From Patescibacteria group bacterium (GTDB lineage Bacteria > Patescibacteriota > Patescibacteriia > UBA2591 > JABMQE01), in assembly GCA_018896645.1 (NCBI GenBank), contig JAHIMF010000005.1:997-64996 (forward strand): DNA of 64,000 nt, written 5' to 3'. The notes under the pieces were generated by a model, which worked only from the letters and a program-made list of their open reading frames with translations, was not told the DNA's origin and ran no database searches. Shown in pieces: positions 1-8,529 of this stretch. Numbering within the stretch: position 1 is the stretch's first letter; each line of letters begins with the position of its first letter. A program made the translations under genes and the position numbers.

Positions 1-127
1 GGCAAATTTCACTAATCACGAATGTGGTTAATAGGGTTAATAGAGTTAATAGAGTTAATAAACGGTGGTTAATAAATAATTAATAAAAGCGAAGCGCAAT
101 AAATTTAATAAATCAATAAATCAATTT

Positions 128-2806
128 ATGAAGAAGAACATCGTTATAATCGGCTCTGGTTACGTTGGCACAGTCGTTGGCGCTTGTTTAGCTAAACTTG
201 ATCATTCGGTGACTTGTGTTGATAAAGACAGGAAAAAGATTACTAAACTTAAAAAAGGTTTTTCGCCTATTTATGAACCCGGTCTTGAAGAATTGCTTCG
301 GGCGAATTTGTATCAAGGCCGTTTGCATTTTACGACTTCTCTTCCCGATGCTCTAAAAAGCGCGGAAGTTATTTTTATTGCCGTTGGCACTCCATCTAAA
401 CCAGATGGGTCTTGTGAGATGAAATATGTTTGGCAAGTGGCGCATGAGATTGGTCGGCATCTTGATCACTATGCTGTCATTGTAGATAAAAGTACGGTGC
501 CAGTAGGAACAGCTGGGCGGGTTAGAAAAATTATAGAAAGTTATAAAAAAACCGAGTTTGATATAGTTTCTAATCCGGAATTCCAGCGCGAGGGTTCAAG
601 TATCAAGGATTTTTTAGGGCCGGACAGAATTGTGCTCGGAGCTGATTCTCCTAAAGCCAAAAGAATAATGCGCCAAGTTTATAAAAAAATAAAAGCTCCA
701 AAACTAATAATGGATATAGCTTCGGCCGAAATGGTTAAATACGCAGCCAATGCATTTTTAGCCACAAAAATTTCCTACATAAACGAGATTGCCAATATCT
801 GCGAACATGTGGACGCTGATGTTGATGTGGTGGCAGAGGGAGTAGGCATGGACAGGCGGATTGGCTATAGTTTTATGAAAGCCGGGCTTGGTTATGGCGG
901 TAGTTGTTTGACTGAAAATGAGATTATTATTATAAAAAAAGGAAATCAAATTAAATCGATCAAAATCAAAGATCTATTTAATCAAAAATATATAAAGTCA
1001 GATGTGTTGAGTTTTGACATTAATAAGAGAAAGGTTTTGTTCAGACCGATTATCAATATAACTAAAAGAAAATATAAGGGCGATATAGTGTTCATAAAAT
1101 CACGAATGAATAAGATGCTCTCTTGTACTGAAGATCATCCTTTCATTTCTTATGAAGATAGTAGGTTTAAATTGAAGTTGGCAAAAGATTTGTTGTTGAC
1201 TGATAGACTACCTTGTTTTACATCCATGCCTTATATTACAAAAGGGTCTGTAATTGATGTTATATCTATTTTGCCAAAGGATAAATTTGATTATAAAAAA
1301 GTAAGAGTTAGGCCAGTTGGTAAACAGTTTTTAGATGTAAAAGAAAGATTAAGTTCATTTAAAGCTTCCAGACTCAGGGACATCTTGCGCTCAAATTGTA
1401 TGAATCTCGAAGAATTTCTAAAGACTGAAATGAAAACAAAAGATAAAATTTCAAGAAAAGATCTGGTTCTTTTTACTTCAAGGGGCAAGACAACTTATTG
1501 CCCAGCGGTTATTAAAATTGATAATGACTTTTGTCGACTCTTGGGTTATTACATCAGTGAGGGGAATATTCATTATGAGAAAAATTTGAGAGGAACACGA
1601 GCGAGAATAAATATACATTTTAATTCAAATGAAAAAGAATACATTAATGATTTAACAAATATCTTTAATAAATATTCACTTAAATTTGGCTTGCGGGGTA
1701 GAAAAGACATCCCAACTAAATCTTTTTATTTTTCTTCAATTATTTGGGCTTATTTACTAAATAATCATTTAGGCTGTGGAAAGGATTCATATAGCGCGGA
1801 TGTACCTGATATGATTTTTTCCTTAGATAAAGATAAAAAGGCGGAGTTCCTCCGAGGATTATTTAGGGGCGATGGACATGTTGCTTTCCCAAAAGGCACT
1901 AATTCTGTTGTCTATGATTATGGATCAATAAGCTATAGTTTAACTCATAAGTGTATTTTGCTCTTTAATTCAATTGGCATTGTCCCGAGTTATAAGACTT
2001 CGATTTCGAAAAAATCAAGTGATTATGCTCATTTTTTTAGGGTTTCTACTAAAAAACAGATAGAAGCCCTGAGTAATTTTAAAGACAAAAAAACGCAAAG
2101 GAAGATTAATCAGGTATTAAGTAATTGCAAGGACATTAAATCAGTTGGATTTAAGCGAGTTAATTCTGATTTCTGTGCTGTTGAGATTAAAGAATTGAAG
2201 AAAGAATATAAAGAGGTTGATGTATATTCACTTGAGGTTAAAGATACTCAAACTTTTATAACCAGCCATGGTTTAATAGTCCATAATTGTTTCCCCAAAG
2301 ACGTTAAGGCCTTGCATAATATTGCGTTTCAAGATGGTTATGATTTTAAGTTGCTTAAGAGTGTGATTCGGGTTAATCAGCAACAGCGGGAATTGGTGGC
2401 TAATAAAGTAAAGCGAATGCTTGGTAGAAAACTAAAAGGCAAAACAGTGGCGGTTTTAGGGTTAGCGTTTAAAAATAACACCGATGATGTGCGCGAGTCA
2501 GCCGCTATTGATATTATTAAAATACTGCAAAAATCAAAAATAAAAATTCAAGCATATGACCCGATTGCCATAGAAAACGCTAAAAAAGTCTTGGACCGAA
2601 AAATTAAATATTTTACTAATCCCTACAAAGCAGTGACTGGTGCTGACGCGCTGTTAATAGCTACCGAATGGCCGGAATTTATAGATTTAAATTGGAAAAG
2701 GATTAAAAAATTGATGAAATGTCCGAAAATTGTAGATGGCAGGAATTTATTAGAGAGGGCAGAAACGGAGGGGCTGGGGTTTGAGTATTGTGGAGTAGGT
2801 AAATGA
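128..2806 (+). CDS. ugd: UDP-glucose/UDP-sugar 6-dehydrogenase interrupted by an in-frame intein; extein about 431 aa
   Basis: N-terminal Rossmann motif IIGSGYVGTVVGACLA. The catalytic motif GGSCFPKD is split as GYGGS / C...HN / CFPKD. The C-terminal dimerisation and UDP-binding region is intact (LGLAFKNNTDDVRES...EWPEF). Confidence 0.9.
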   Translation: MKKNIVIIGSGYVGTVVGACLAKLDHSVTCVDKDRKKITKLKKGFSPIYEPGLEELLRANLYQGRLHFTTSLPDALKSAEVIFIAVGTPSKPDGSCEMKYVWQVAHEIGRHLDHYAVIVDKSTVPVGTAGRVRKIIESYKKTEFDIVSNPEFQREGSSIKDFLGPDRIVLGADSPKAKRIMRQVYKKIKAPKLIMDIASAEMVKYAANAFLATKISYINEIANICEHVDADVDVVAEGVGMDRRIGYSFMKAGLGYGGSCLTENEIIIIKKGNQIKSIKIKDLFNQKYIKSDVLSFDINKRKVLFRPIINITKRKYKGDIVFIKSRMNKMLSCTEDHPFISYEDSRFKLKLAKDLLLTDRLPCFTSMPYITKGSVIDVISILPKDKFDYKKVRVRPVGKQFLDVKERLSSFKASRLRDILRSNCMNLEEFLKTEMKTKDKISRKDLVLFTSRGKTTYCPAVIKIDNDFCRLLGYYISEGNIHYEKNLRGTRARINIHFNSNEKEYINDLTNIFNKYSLKFGLRGRKDIPTKSFYFSSIIWAYLLNNHLGCGKDSYSADVPDMIFSLDKDKKAEFLRGLFRGDGHVAFPKGTNSVVYDYGSISYSLTHKCILLFNSIGIVPSYKTSISKKSSDYAHFFRVSTKKQIEALSNFKDKKTQRKINQVLSNCKDIKSVGFKRVNSDFCAVEIKELKKEYKEVDVYSLEVKDTQTFITSHGLIVHNCFPKDVKALHNIAFQDGYDFKLLKSVIRVNQQQRELVANKVKRMLGRKLKGKTVAVLGLAFKNNTDDVRESAAIDIIKILQKSKIKIQAYDPIAIENAKKVLDRKIKYFTNPYKAVTGADALLIATEWPEFIDLNWKRIKKLMKCPKIVDGRNLLERAETEGLGFEYCGVGK
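905..2287 (+). mobile_element. Intein of about 461 aa with a LAGLIDADG homing-endonuclease domain, inserted at the catalytic Cys of Ugd
   Basis: Starts with Cys (CLTENE) immediately after GGS and ends with HN followed by the +1 Cys of CFPKD. Two LAGLIDADG-like blocks are present (LLGYYISEGN and LRGLFRGDGHV). Removing it restores a normal-length Ugd. Confidence 0.8.
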
Positions 2807-2861
2807 ATATTACTAATTCGCACTAATCTGTACACGAATTGCACCAATCACTAATCCTTTT

Positions 2862-3902
2862 ATGAATAGTTTAGAAAAGAAATTTAAAACAAGATTGAAA
2901 AAAAACGAATTGATGAAAAATTATACGACTTTTAGAATTGGCGGACCGGCTAAGTATTTTTTGGAAGCCAAGTCGGGTGAGGAATTGGTGGAAGCGGTTG
3001 GGTTAGCAAAGGATGATGGATTAGATTATGCAGTGATTGGAAAAGGCAGTAATATTTTAGTGAGTGATCAGGGATATAATGGTCTTATTATAAAAATGTC
3101 GAATGTCGGACATCGGAAGTTAGATGACGCAAGGTTGCTAGTAGACGCTGGATTAGATTTGAAAAAGTTGTCACAGTTTGCGATGGAGAATGGATTAACT
3201 GGCGTAGAGTGGGCGATGGATGTCCCGGGAACAGTGGGCGGGGCTATAACTATGAATGCGGGTTGCTTTGGACAAGAGATGAAGGATTATGTGACAAAAG
3301 TTAAGTATTTAAATAGCCGAGCTTTGGATATTAAAAAAAGTCAAAACTCGAATATCTCAAATATTGCTCAAATTAACTCTAATAATAAATTTAATAAATT
3401 AATAAAAGGAATAAATAACAAACAATGTGAATTTGGTTACCGGGAGAGTATTTTTAAAAAGCATCCTGAATGGATAGTTTTAGAGGCAGAGCTGAAATTA
3501 AAAAAGGGCGATAAAAAGGATATAAAACAAAAAATCAAAGAACAGTTGAGTCAGCGAAGCCAGAAAATTCCCGGGAAGCCTTCAGCCGGGTCAATATTTA
3601 AAAAATATGAAATTCTTAAAGGTGAAAAGTTAAATGAAAAATTGGAGAGAATTTTGCAAAAAGAACACCCAGAGTTTATTAAAAACAATTATATTCCCGC
3701 AGGCTGGCTAATTGAGGAAGCAGGACTGAAAGGTAAAATAGTCGGAGGCGCACAGATTTCCGAAAAGCACGCCAATTTTATTGTTAACTTAGGTAAAGCA
3801 ACCGCTGAACAGATTGTTATACTTATTGCGATAATTAAACAGAAGGTCAGAAATGAATTGGGTATTCAATTGCAGGAAGAGGTGATGTATTTGGGGTTTT
3901 GA
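2862..3902 (+). CDS. murB: UDP-N-acetylenolpyruvoylglucosamine reductase (MurB) with a low-complexity N/K-rich insertion
   Basis: FAD-binding motifs NYTTFRIGGPAKYF and AVIGKGSNILVSD; C-terminal MurB domain (AGWLIEEAGLKG, GGAQISEKHANFIVN). Confidence 0.85.
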   Translation: MNSLEKKFKTRLKKNELMKNYTTFRIGGPAKYFLEAKSGEELVEAVGLAKDDGLDYAVIGKGSNILVSDQGYNGLIIKMSNVGHRKLDDARLLVDAGLDLKKLSQFAMENGLTGVEWAMDVPGTVGGAITMNAGCFGQEMKDYVTKVKYLNSRALDIKKSQNSNISNIAQINSNNKFNKLIKGINNKQCEFGYRESIFKKHPEWIVLEAELKLKKGDKKDIKQKIKEQLSQRSQKIPGKPSAGSIFKKYEILKGEKLNEKLERILQKEHPEFIKNNYIPAGWLIEEAGLKGKIVGGAQISEKHANFIVNLGKATAEQIVILIAIIKQKVRNELGIQLQEEVMYLGF

Positions 3903-4003
3903 TTTGTACCGCAAAAGAACAAAAAACATAAATATTCAATAGTTTTGTAGTAAGTGGTGAATTTGTAGTATTTTGTGAGTTTGGTATTTTTGTGAGTTTT
4001 TTC

Positions 4004-4032
4004 TTGACAATAAAACTAATATCAGGTAATAT
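4004..4032 (+). promoter_or_regulatory. Sigma70-like promoter, TTGACA -17 nt- TAATAT, upstream of infA
   Basis: Perfect -35 hexamer and a near-consensus -10 with a 17-nt spacer, about 110 nt upstream of the infA ATG. Preceded by AT-rich direct repeats (tttgtagta x2, ttttgtgagttt x2). Confidence 0.55.
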
Positions 4033-4141
4033 TAGTAAAGTATAGAATTAACAGATTATCCAAAAATAAACCCTATTTCAAAGTCGTTAATGGTTTTTTA
4101 AAAACCCATATTTGAACGGCAGGTATTTTAGTATTTATTTT

Positions 4142-4360
4142 ATGGCCAAAAATAAAGAATTTATAGAAACCGAAGGCACGGTTACAGAACTTTTACCTTC
4201 AGCTAGCTTTAAGGTAGAGCTTGAAGACGGTCGAGAGATATTAGCTTATCTTTCGGGCAGAATGCGGATTCATAGGATTCGTCTTTTACCCGGTGATAAA
4301 GTTAAAGTTGAAATGAGCCCGTATGATTTAGACAGGGGGAGAATAACCTATAGGTTTTAA
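4142..4360 (+). CDS. infA: Translation initiation factor IF-1
   Basis: [71 protein letters not shown] is a canonical S1-like IF-1. The internal ATG at 4142 gives the normal length. Confidence 0.92.
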   Translation: MAKNKEFIETEGTVTELLPSASFKVELEDGREILAYLSGRMRIHRIRLLPGDKVKVEMSPYDLDRGRITYRF

Positions 4361-4370
4361 TTTTCACGAG

Positions 4371-4433
4371 GCACGATACACATGACATGAGGCAAAATAT
4401 TAGTGTATCATGTTATGTGTATCGCGAATCGTG
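4371..4433. repeat. Long imperfect inverted repeat between infA and rpmJ (cacgatacacatgacatga ... tcatgttatgtgtatcg)
   Basis: Arms of 17-19 nt; the same arm motif (cacgatacac / gtgtatcgtg plus gaatcgtgt) recurs downstream of mrdA at about 34418-34500. Confidence 0.6.
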
Positions 4434-4441
4434 TTATTTAT

Positions 4442-4555
4442 ATGAAAGTTAGATCATCCGTTAAAAAAATATGTAAGGAATGCAAAATAGTGCGCCGTAA
4501 AAAACGTCTCTATGTTATTTGTCGTAACCCAAAGCATAAACAACGACAAGGCTAA
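4442..4555 (+). CDS. rpmJ: 50S ribosomal protein L36 (37 aa); absent from the ORF track because it is under 60 aa
   Basis: Translation [37 protein letters not shown] has the C-x2-C...C-x-N zinc-ribbon pattern. Position between infA and rpsM is canonical. Confidence 0.9.
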   Translation: MKVRSSVKKICKECKIVRRKKRLYVICRNPKHKQRQG

Positions 4556-4569
4556 AAAATATTAAAAAT

Positions 4570-4959
4570 ATGGCAAGAATAGCTGGAGTTAATTTACCCA
4601 ATGACAAAAGGATAGAAATAGGTTTAACCTATATTTTTGGTGTTGGCCGGAGTTTATCAAATAATATTTTAAGTCAATTAAAAATTAACCCTGATACCCG
4701 GGTAAAAGATTTAAATGAAACTGATGCGAACAAGCTTAGGGATATCCTTGAAAAGAATCACCGTGTGGAGGGAGAATTAAAAAGAGAAATTTTAACCAAT
4801 ATTAAACGTTTGAAAGAAATCGGTTCTTATCGGGGAATAAGACATGCTAGACATTTACCAGTTCGTGGACAACGGACAAAAACCAACACCCGGACCGTTA
4901 GAGGTAATGTCAGACGGACAGCGACCAGCGGGCGAAAACGAGCGCTAGAGAAGACATAA
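4570..4959 (+). CDS. rpsM: 30S ribosomal protein S13
   Basis: [28 protein letters not shown]... with a basic C-terminal tail. Confidence 0.95.
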   Translation: MARIAGVNLPNDKRIEIGLTYIFGVGRSLSNNILSQLKINPDTRVKDLNETDANKLRDILEKNHRVEGELKREILTNIKRLKEIGSYRGIRHARHLPVRGQRTKTNTRTVRGNVRRTATSGRKRALEKT

Positions 4960-5056
4960 AAGACATAAATACAATTCTTTGTAATAGTCCGATCACTTAG
5001 GCAGAAAAGTAAAAGGGTGGGCTTAATTAAGCTAAATAAATCAATAATTAAATTTC

Positions 5057-5581
5057 ATGGCAGAAGATAAAAAAACAGAATTAAAAATTGAGAATAAGAA
5101 TCAGTCATTGGATAACTTAGAAGTTAATGAAAACAAGGAAGATGGGCTCATTGTCCCTGAAAAAAAAGAGGGCCAGGTTAAAATTGAAAAAGGCAAAAAG
5201 GGCAAGAGTAAAAAAAGGAAAGTTATCAAGATGATTAAAAGTGGTCATGTTTATGTCCAAGCAAGTTATAATAATACAATAATAACAATTGCCGATCAAA
5301 ATGGTAATGTGATTAGTTGGGCTAGCGCCGGGAAGTGCGGTTTTAAAGGTCCTAAAAAGGCAACTCCCTATGCGGCCGGGATAATAGTTAAAACAGCAGC
5401 CGAAAAAGCGATTAAAGAACGAGGTCTTAAAGAGGTCTATGTCTTTGTTAAGGGCGTTGGTGCCGGTCGGGAGGCGGCTGTTAGGGCTTTAAATGCGAAT
5501 GGGTTGGCGGTACTATCAATAAAAGATGTTACTCCAACACCTCATAATGGATGTCGGCCGCCGAAGGTTAGGAGGGTATAA
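5057..5581 (+). CDS. rpsK: 30S ribosomal protein S11 with an N-terminal K/E-rich extension of about 45 aa
   Basis: Core [46 protein letters not shown] matches S11; the extension precedes it. Confidence 0.93.
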   Translation: MAEDKKTELKIENKNQSLDNLEVNENKEDGLIVPEKKEGQVKIEKGKKGKSKKRKVIKMIKSGHVYVQASYNNTIITIADQNGNVISWASAGKCGFKGPKKATPYAAGIIVKTAAEKAIKERGLKEVYVFVKGVGAGREAAVRALNANGLAVLSIKDVTPTPHNGCRPPKVRRV

Positions 5582-5628
5582 TTTTATAAATTTTGTTTTT
5601 TTAAATAAATACGAGTGAGAAAATCGTT

Positions 5629-5762
5629 GTCAGAAATCAGAGAACAGTTACCGAAAACAGAAAGCTGAAGTCAGTTTTGGGGGTCGATAGTAAGACTTAA
5701 ATCATGAATTTCAGGACTGTTCTCTGATTTCTAATTTCTGAAACCGACTTCGGCTTTCTGTC
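5629..5762 (+). promoter_or_regulatory. Structured leader between rpsK and rpsD: two interleaved inverted repeats in pseudoknot topology
   Basis: L1 agaaatcagagaacagt (about 5631-5648) pairs with R1 actgttctctgatttct (about 5716-5732). L2 cagaaagctgaagtcag (about 5658-5674) pairs with R2 ctgaaaccgacttcggctttctg (about 5738-5760). The order L1-L2-R1-R2 is read directly from the sequence. Confidence 0.45.
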
Positions 5763-5812
5763 AACTGATTTCTATCAAATTTAAGCTCACAAATTGTGAT
5801 AATAAAAATATC

Positions 5813-6448
5813 ATGGCACGTAACCTAGATCCAAAATGTAAACAATGCAGACGAATTGGCGAAAAGCTCTTTTTAAAGGGCGAGCGTTGTAATTCGACAA
5901 AATGCGCATTAGTTAAGCGAAAGTATCCACCGGGTGTCCATGGCCCTAAACGAAGAATAAGAGTTTCGGAATATGGTTTGCAGCTGCGCGAGAAACAAAA
6001 AGCCAAAAAAATGTATAGATTAATGGAAACCCAATTTGCGAATTATGTGAAAAAAGCCATGAACCTAAGCGGCGACGCTGGCAATAATTTGTTGGGCCTG
6101 CTGGAACAAAGGCTGGATAGTGTTTTATATAGGACCGGCATAGTAAAATCCCGAGATGCAGCTCGACAGGCAATATCTCATGGTTTGATTAAGGTTAATG
6201 GCAAAAAGGTTGATATTCCATCTTATATTCTTAGGGTCGGTGAAGTGGTTACTGTTAAAGACTCCAGCATCCTTGTTAAACAGTTTAAGGAGGAGGGCGC
6301 TAAAACTAAGAAAGAGAACGAATCTTTACCAAACTGGATAAGTTTGGATCCAAAAATTTTAGAAATTAAAGTATTAACTGCGCCAGATGCGGCTGATTTG
6401 CCGCACAACCTGGATATTCGATTAATTATTGAGTATTACTCTAGATAA
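5813..6448 (+). CDS. rpsD: 30S ribosomal protein S4
   Basis: MARNLDPKCKQCRRIGEKLFLKGERCNSTKCA (zinc-ribbon N-terminus) and S4 domain LDSVLYRTGIVKSRDAARQAISHGLIKVNGKKVDIPSY. Confidence 0.95.
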   Translation: MARNLDPKCKQCRRIGEKLFLKGERCNSTKCALVKRKYPPGVHGPKRRIRVSEYGLQLREKQKAKKMYRLMETQFANYVKKAMNLSGDAGNNLLGLLEQRLDSVLYRTGIVKSRDAARQAISHGLIKVNGKKVDIPSYILRVGEVVTVKDSSILVKQFKEEGAKTKKENESLPNWISLDPKILEIKVLTAPDAADLPHNLDIRLIIEYYSR

Positions 6449-6600
6449 TTCTTTTCTGTTCGTCAATTTTTTGTGTGTATTTGTTTTCATTTTCCGCGTG
6501 TTATCGTCTTTATAATTATTTAAAAATTAAAACACACAAAGGTTTTACAAAAGCACATGAAAAATGAAATATTCACTTAATAAATTTTTAAAATAAAACT

Positions 6601-7509
6601 ATGCAAAAAATTCCTTTACCAAAAAATATTAATGTGGAAGAAGACAAGGAAAACAAAAATCACGCTATCGTGACAATTGGTCCTTGTTACCCTGGTTATG
6701 GAACCACTATTGGCAATGCCCTAAGAAGGGTTTTACTTTCTTCTTTACCGGGTGCGGCAGTTACCGCTTTCAAAGTTAAGGGTGCCCCGCACGAGTTCTC
6801 AACGATTCCTGGAGTAAAAGAAGATGTGGTGGACATAATGTTAAATTTAAAGCAACTTCATCTGCGAGTTTTCAATGAGGAGCCGGTAGAACTTAATTTA
6901 AACGTTAAGGGAGAGAAACCGGTAAAAGCCTGTGATATCAGTAAGAATTCTGATGTAGAGATAATTAATCAAAACTTGGTGATTTGTCATTTAACCGATA
7001 AAAATGTCAAATTAGAAATGAAGATTTGGGTTGAGCCGGGACGGGGGTACGTTCCTGTTGATGAGAAGAGAGACGTGAAGCCAGAAATAGGCGTTATTCA
7101 AATTGATGCTTTTTATAGTCCGATAGAAAAAGTCGGTTTTAGGAAAGAAAATGTCCGTGTGGGCGAAAGAACTAATTATGACAAGTTGATTTTAGACATT
7201 GAGACCGATGGTACGATTACTCCCGAAGGGGCGGTATTGGAGGCAGGGAAGATTTTAGTTGAGCAATTTAGTTTTGTAGCTAGCGATGGAAAAGTTGAAG
7301 AAAAAAAGGAAGACGAACAGGGGATCAGTGAAGAGGTCGATGTCCCCAAAGAGGAAAAAGTAGAGGATAGCGAAACAGCCGGAGAAGATGAGGAGGCGAA
7401 AGAGGAAAAACAAGAAGAAAACCAGGAAGAGAAACCTGCCTCGCCAAGTCAAGGCGAGCCAAAGAAGAAGCGGGGAAGACCGAAGAAAGTTGAAAAAGTT
7501 ATAAGTTAG
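6601..7509 (+). CDS. rpoA: DNA-directed RNA polymerase alpha subunit: intact NTD, C-terminal domain replaced by an acidic linker ending in an AT-hook-like KKKRGRPKK
   Basis: NTD motifs GPCYPGYGTTIGNALRRVLLSSLPGAAVT and DVEIINQNLVICHL. No alpha-CTD sequence; last about 70 aa are E/K/D-rich with RGRP. Confidence 0.9.
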   Translation: MQKIPLPKNINVEEDKENKNHAIVTIGPCYPGYGTTIGNALRRVLLSSLPGAAVTAFKVKGAPHEFSTIPGVKEDVVDIMLNLKQLHLRVFNEEPVELNLNVKGEKPVKACDISKNSDVEIINQNLVICHLTDKNVKLEMKIWVEPGRGYVPVDEKRDVKPEIGVIQIDAFYSPIEKVGFRKENVRVGERTNYDKLILDIETDGTITPEGAVLEAGKILVEQFSFVASDGKVEEKKEDEQGISEEVDVPKEEKVEDSETAGEDEEAKEEKQEENQEEKPASPSQGEPKKKRGRPKKVEKVIS

Positions 7510-7568
7510 ACTAGTTACCTGCCTGCCGTCAGGCAGGGATCGATTATTAGTTAATTGATTTATTTTTT

Positions 7569-7919
7569 ATGAGACACCAAAAGAAGGGACGGAAATTGGG
7601 GAGGAAGACTGGACCGAGGACAGCTTTGATGAAAAATCTAGCTGATAGTTTGATTTTGTATGAAAAAATTAAGACTACGGAAGCCAAAGCTAAAGAACTA
7701 CGCCCGTATGTGGAACGACTACTTACCAGTGCTAAAAAAAATACATTGGTAGCCCGGCGGACGCTTATCTCTAAATTAAAGACCGAGAACGCAGTGAAAA
7801 AAACTTTGGAGGTATACGGTCCGAAATATAAAGACAGAAAAGGCGGATATACGCGGATTGTAAAACTGGAACCACGAAAGGGTGATGGCGCGCAGATGGC
7901 ACAGATTGAATTTGTATGA
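7569..7919 (+). CDS. rplQ: 50S ribosomal protein L17
   Basis: MRHQKKGRKLGRKTGPRTALMKNLADSLILYEKIKTTEAKAKELRPYVERL. Confidence 0.95.
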   Translation: MRHQKKGRKLGRKTGPRTALMKNLADSLILYEKIKTTEAKAKELRPYVERLLTSAKKNTLVARRTLISKLKTENAVKKTLEVYGPKYKDRKGGYTRIVKLEPRKGDGAQMAQIEFV

Positions 7920-7981
7920 TTGGAGATAATTGATAATTTTTTAAAAACTTTGTTTATCGCAATAAATTAACCTAATTGAGA

Positions 7982-8341
7982 ATGGTCAAATCTATAGAGC
8001 GAAAAAAACATACTATTGACGCGACAGGTAAAGCACCGGGCAGGTTAGCCAGCGGGATTGCCATAATTCTGCGCGGGAAAAATAAATCTAATTTTGTGCC
8101 TTATCTAGATCAAGGTGATTTTGTGATTATTGAAAATGTTGGTAAAATGAAATTTACTGGTAAAAAATTAGAACAAAAAGAATATTTTAGCCACTCTACA
8201 TACCCAGGTCATCTAAAACGCAGATCAGTTAAAGCAGTCTTTGCTGAAAATCCCGGCTTAGTATTACAGAAAGCCGTGAAAAACATGTTGCCAGCGAATA
8301 AGCTGCGGGACGGGATGATGAAGAGATTGGTTATTAAATGA
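7982..8341 (+). CDS. rplM: 50S ribosomal protein L13
   Basis: KHTIDATGKAPGRLASGIAIILRGKNK...; start taken at the ATG at 7982 (the ORF track begins at a TTG at 7976). Confidence 0.93.
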   Translation: MVKSIERKKHTIDATGKAPGRLASGIAIILRGKNKSNFVPYLDQGDFVIIENVGKMKFTGKKLEQKEYFSHSTYPGHLKRRSVKAVFAENPGLVLQKAVKNMLPANKLRDGMMKRLVIK

Positions 8342-8349
8342 GGCGATGA

Positions 8350-8520
8350 TTTATCTTATAAATTCACCTAATTCACCTAATTTCTAATTCACCTAATAAA
8401 AATCCAAATTCAAAATGTCAAATATCAAATCAATAACAAAATCTAAAATCCAAACTAAAAAAATTGACATTAAATCATTTGTCATTGATTTGATATTTTA
8501 AATTTGGATTTTTGAATTAC
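8350..8520. repeat. MITE-like AT-rich element: attcacctaat direct repeats plus the inverted repeat aaatccaaattcaaaatgtcaaatatcaaatca / tgatttgatattttaaatttggattttt
   Basis: The same terminal motif (ttcacctaatttctaat ... aattcaaaaatgtcaaa) flanks the 119-aa ORF at 43262-43745. Confidence 0.6.
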
Positions 8521-8529
8521 TTTATAATT

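Noticed and set aside
758-1488. Minus-strand ORFs of 63 and 65 aa inside the ugd/intein gene
   Set aside because: Antisense shadow ORFs within a well-supported long CDS; no RBS or homology.
5117-6408. Several 60-81-aa minus-strand ORFs overlapping rpsK and rpsD
   Set aside because: Antisense to highly conserved ribosomal protein genes; typical AT-rich shadow frames.
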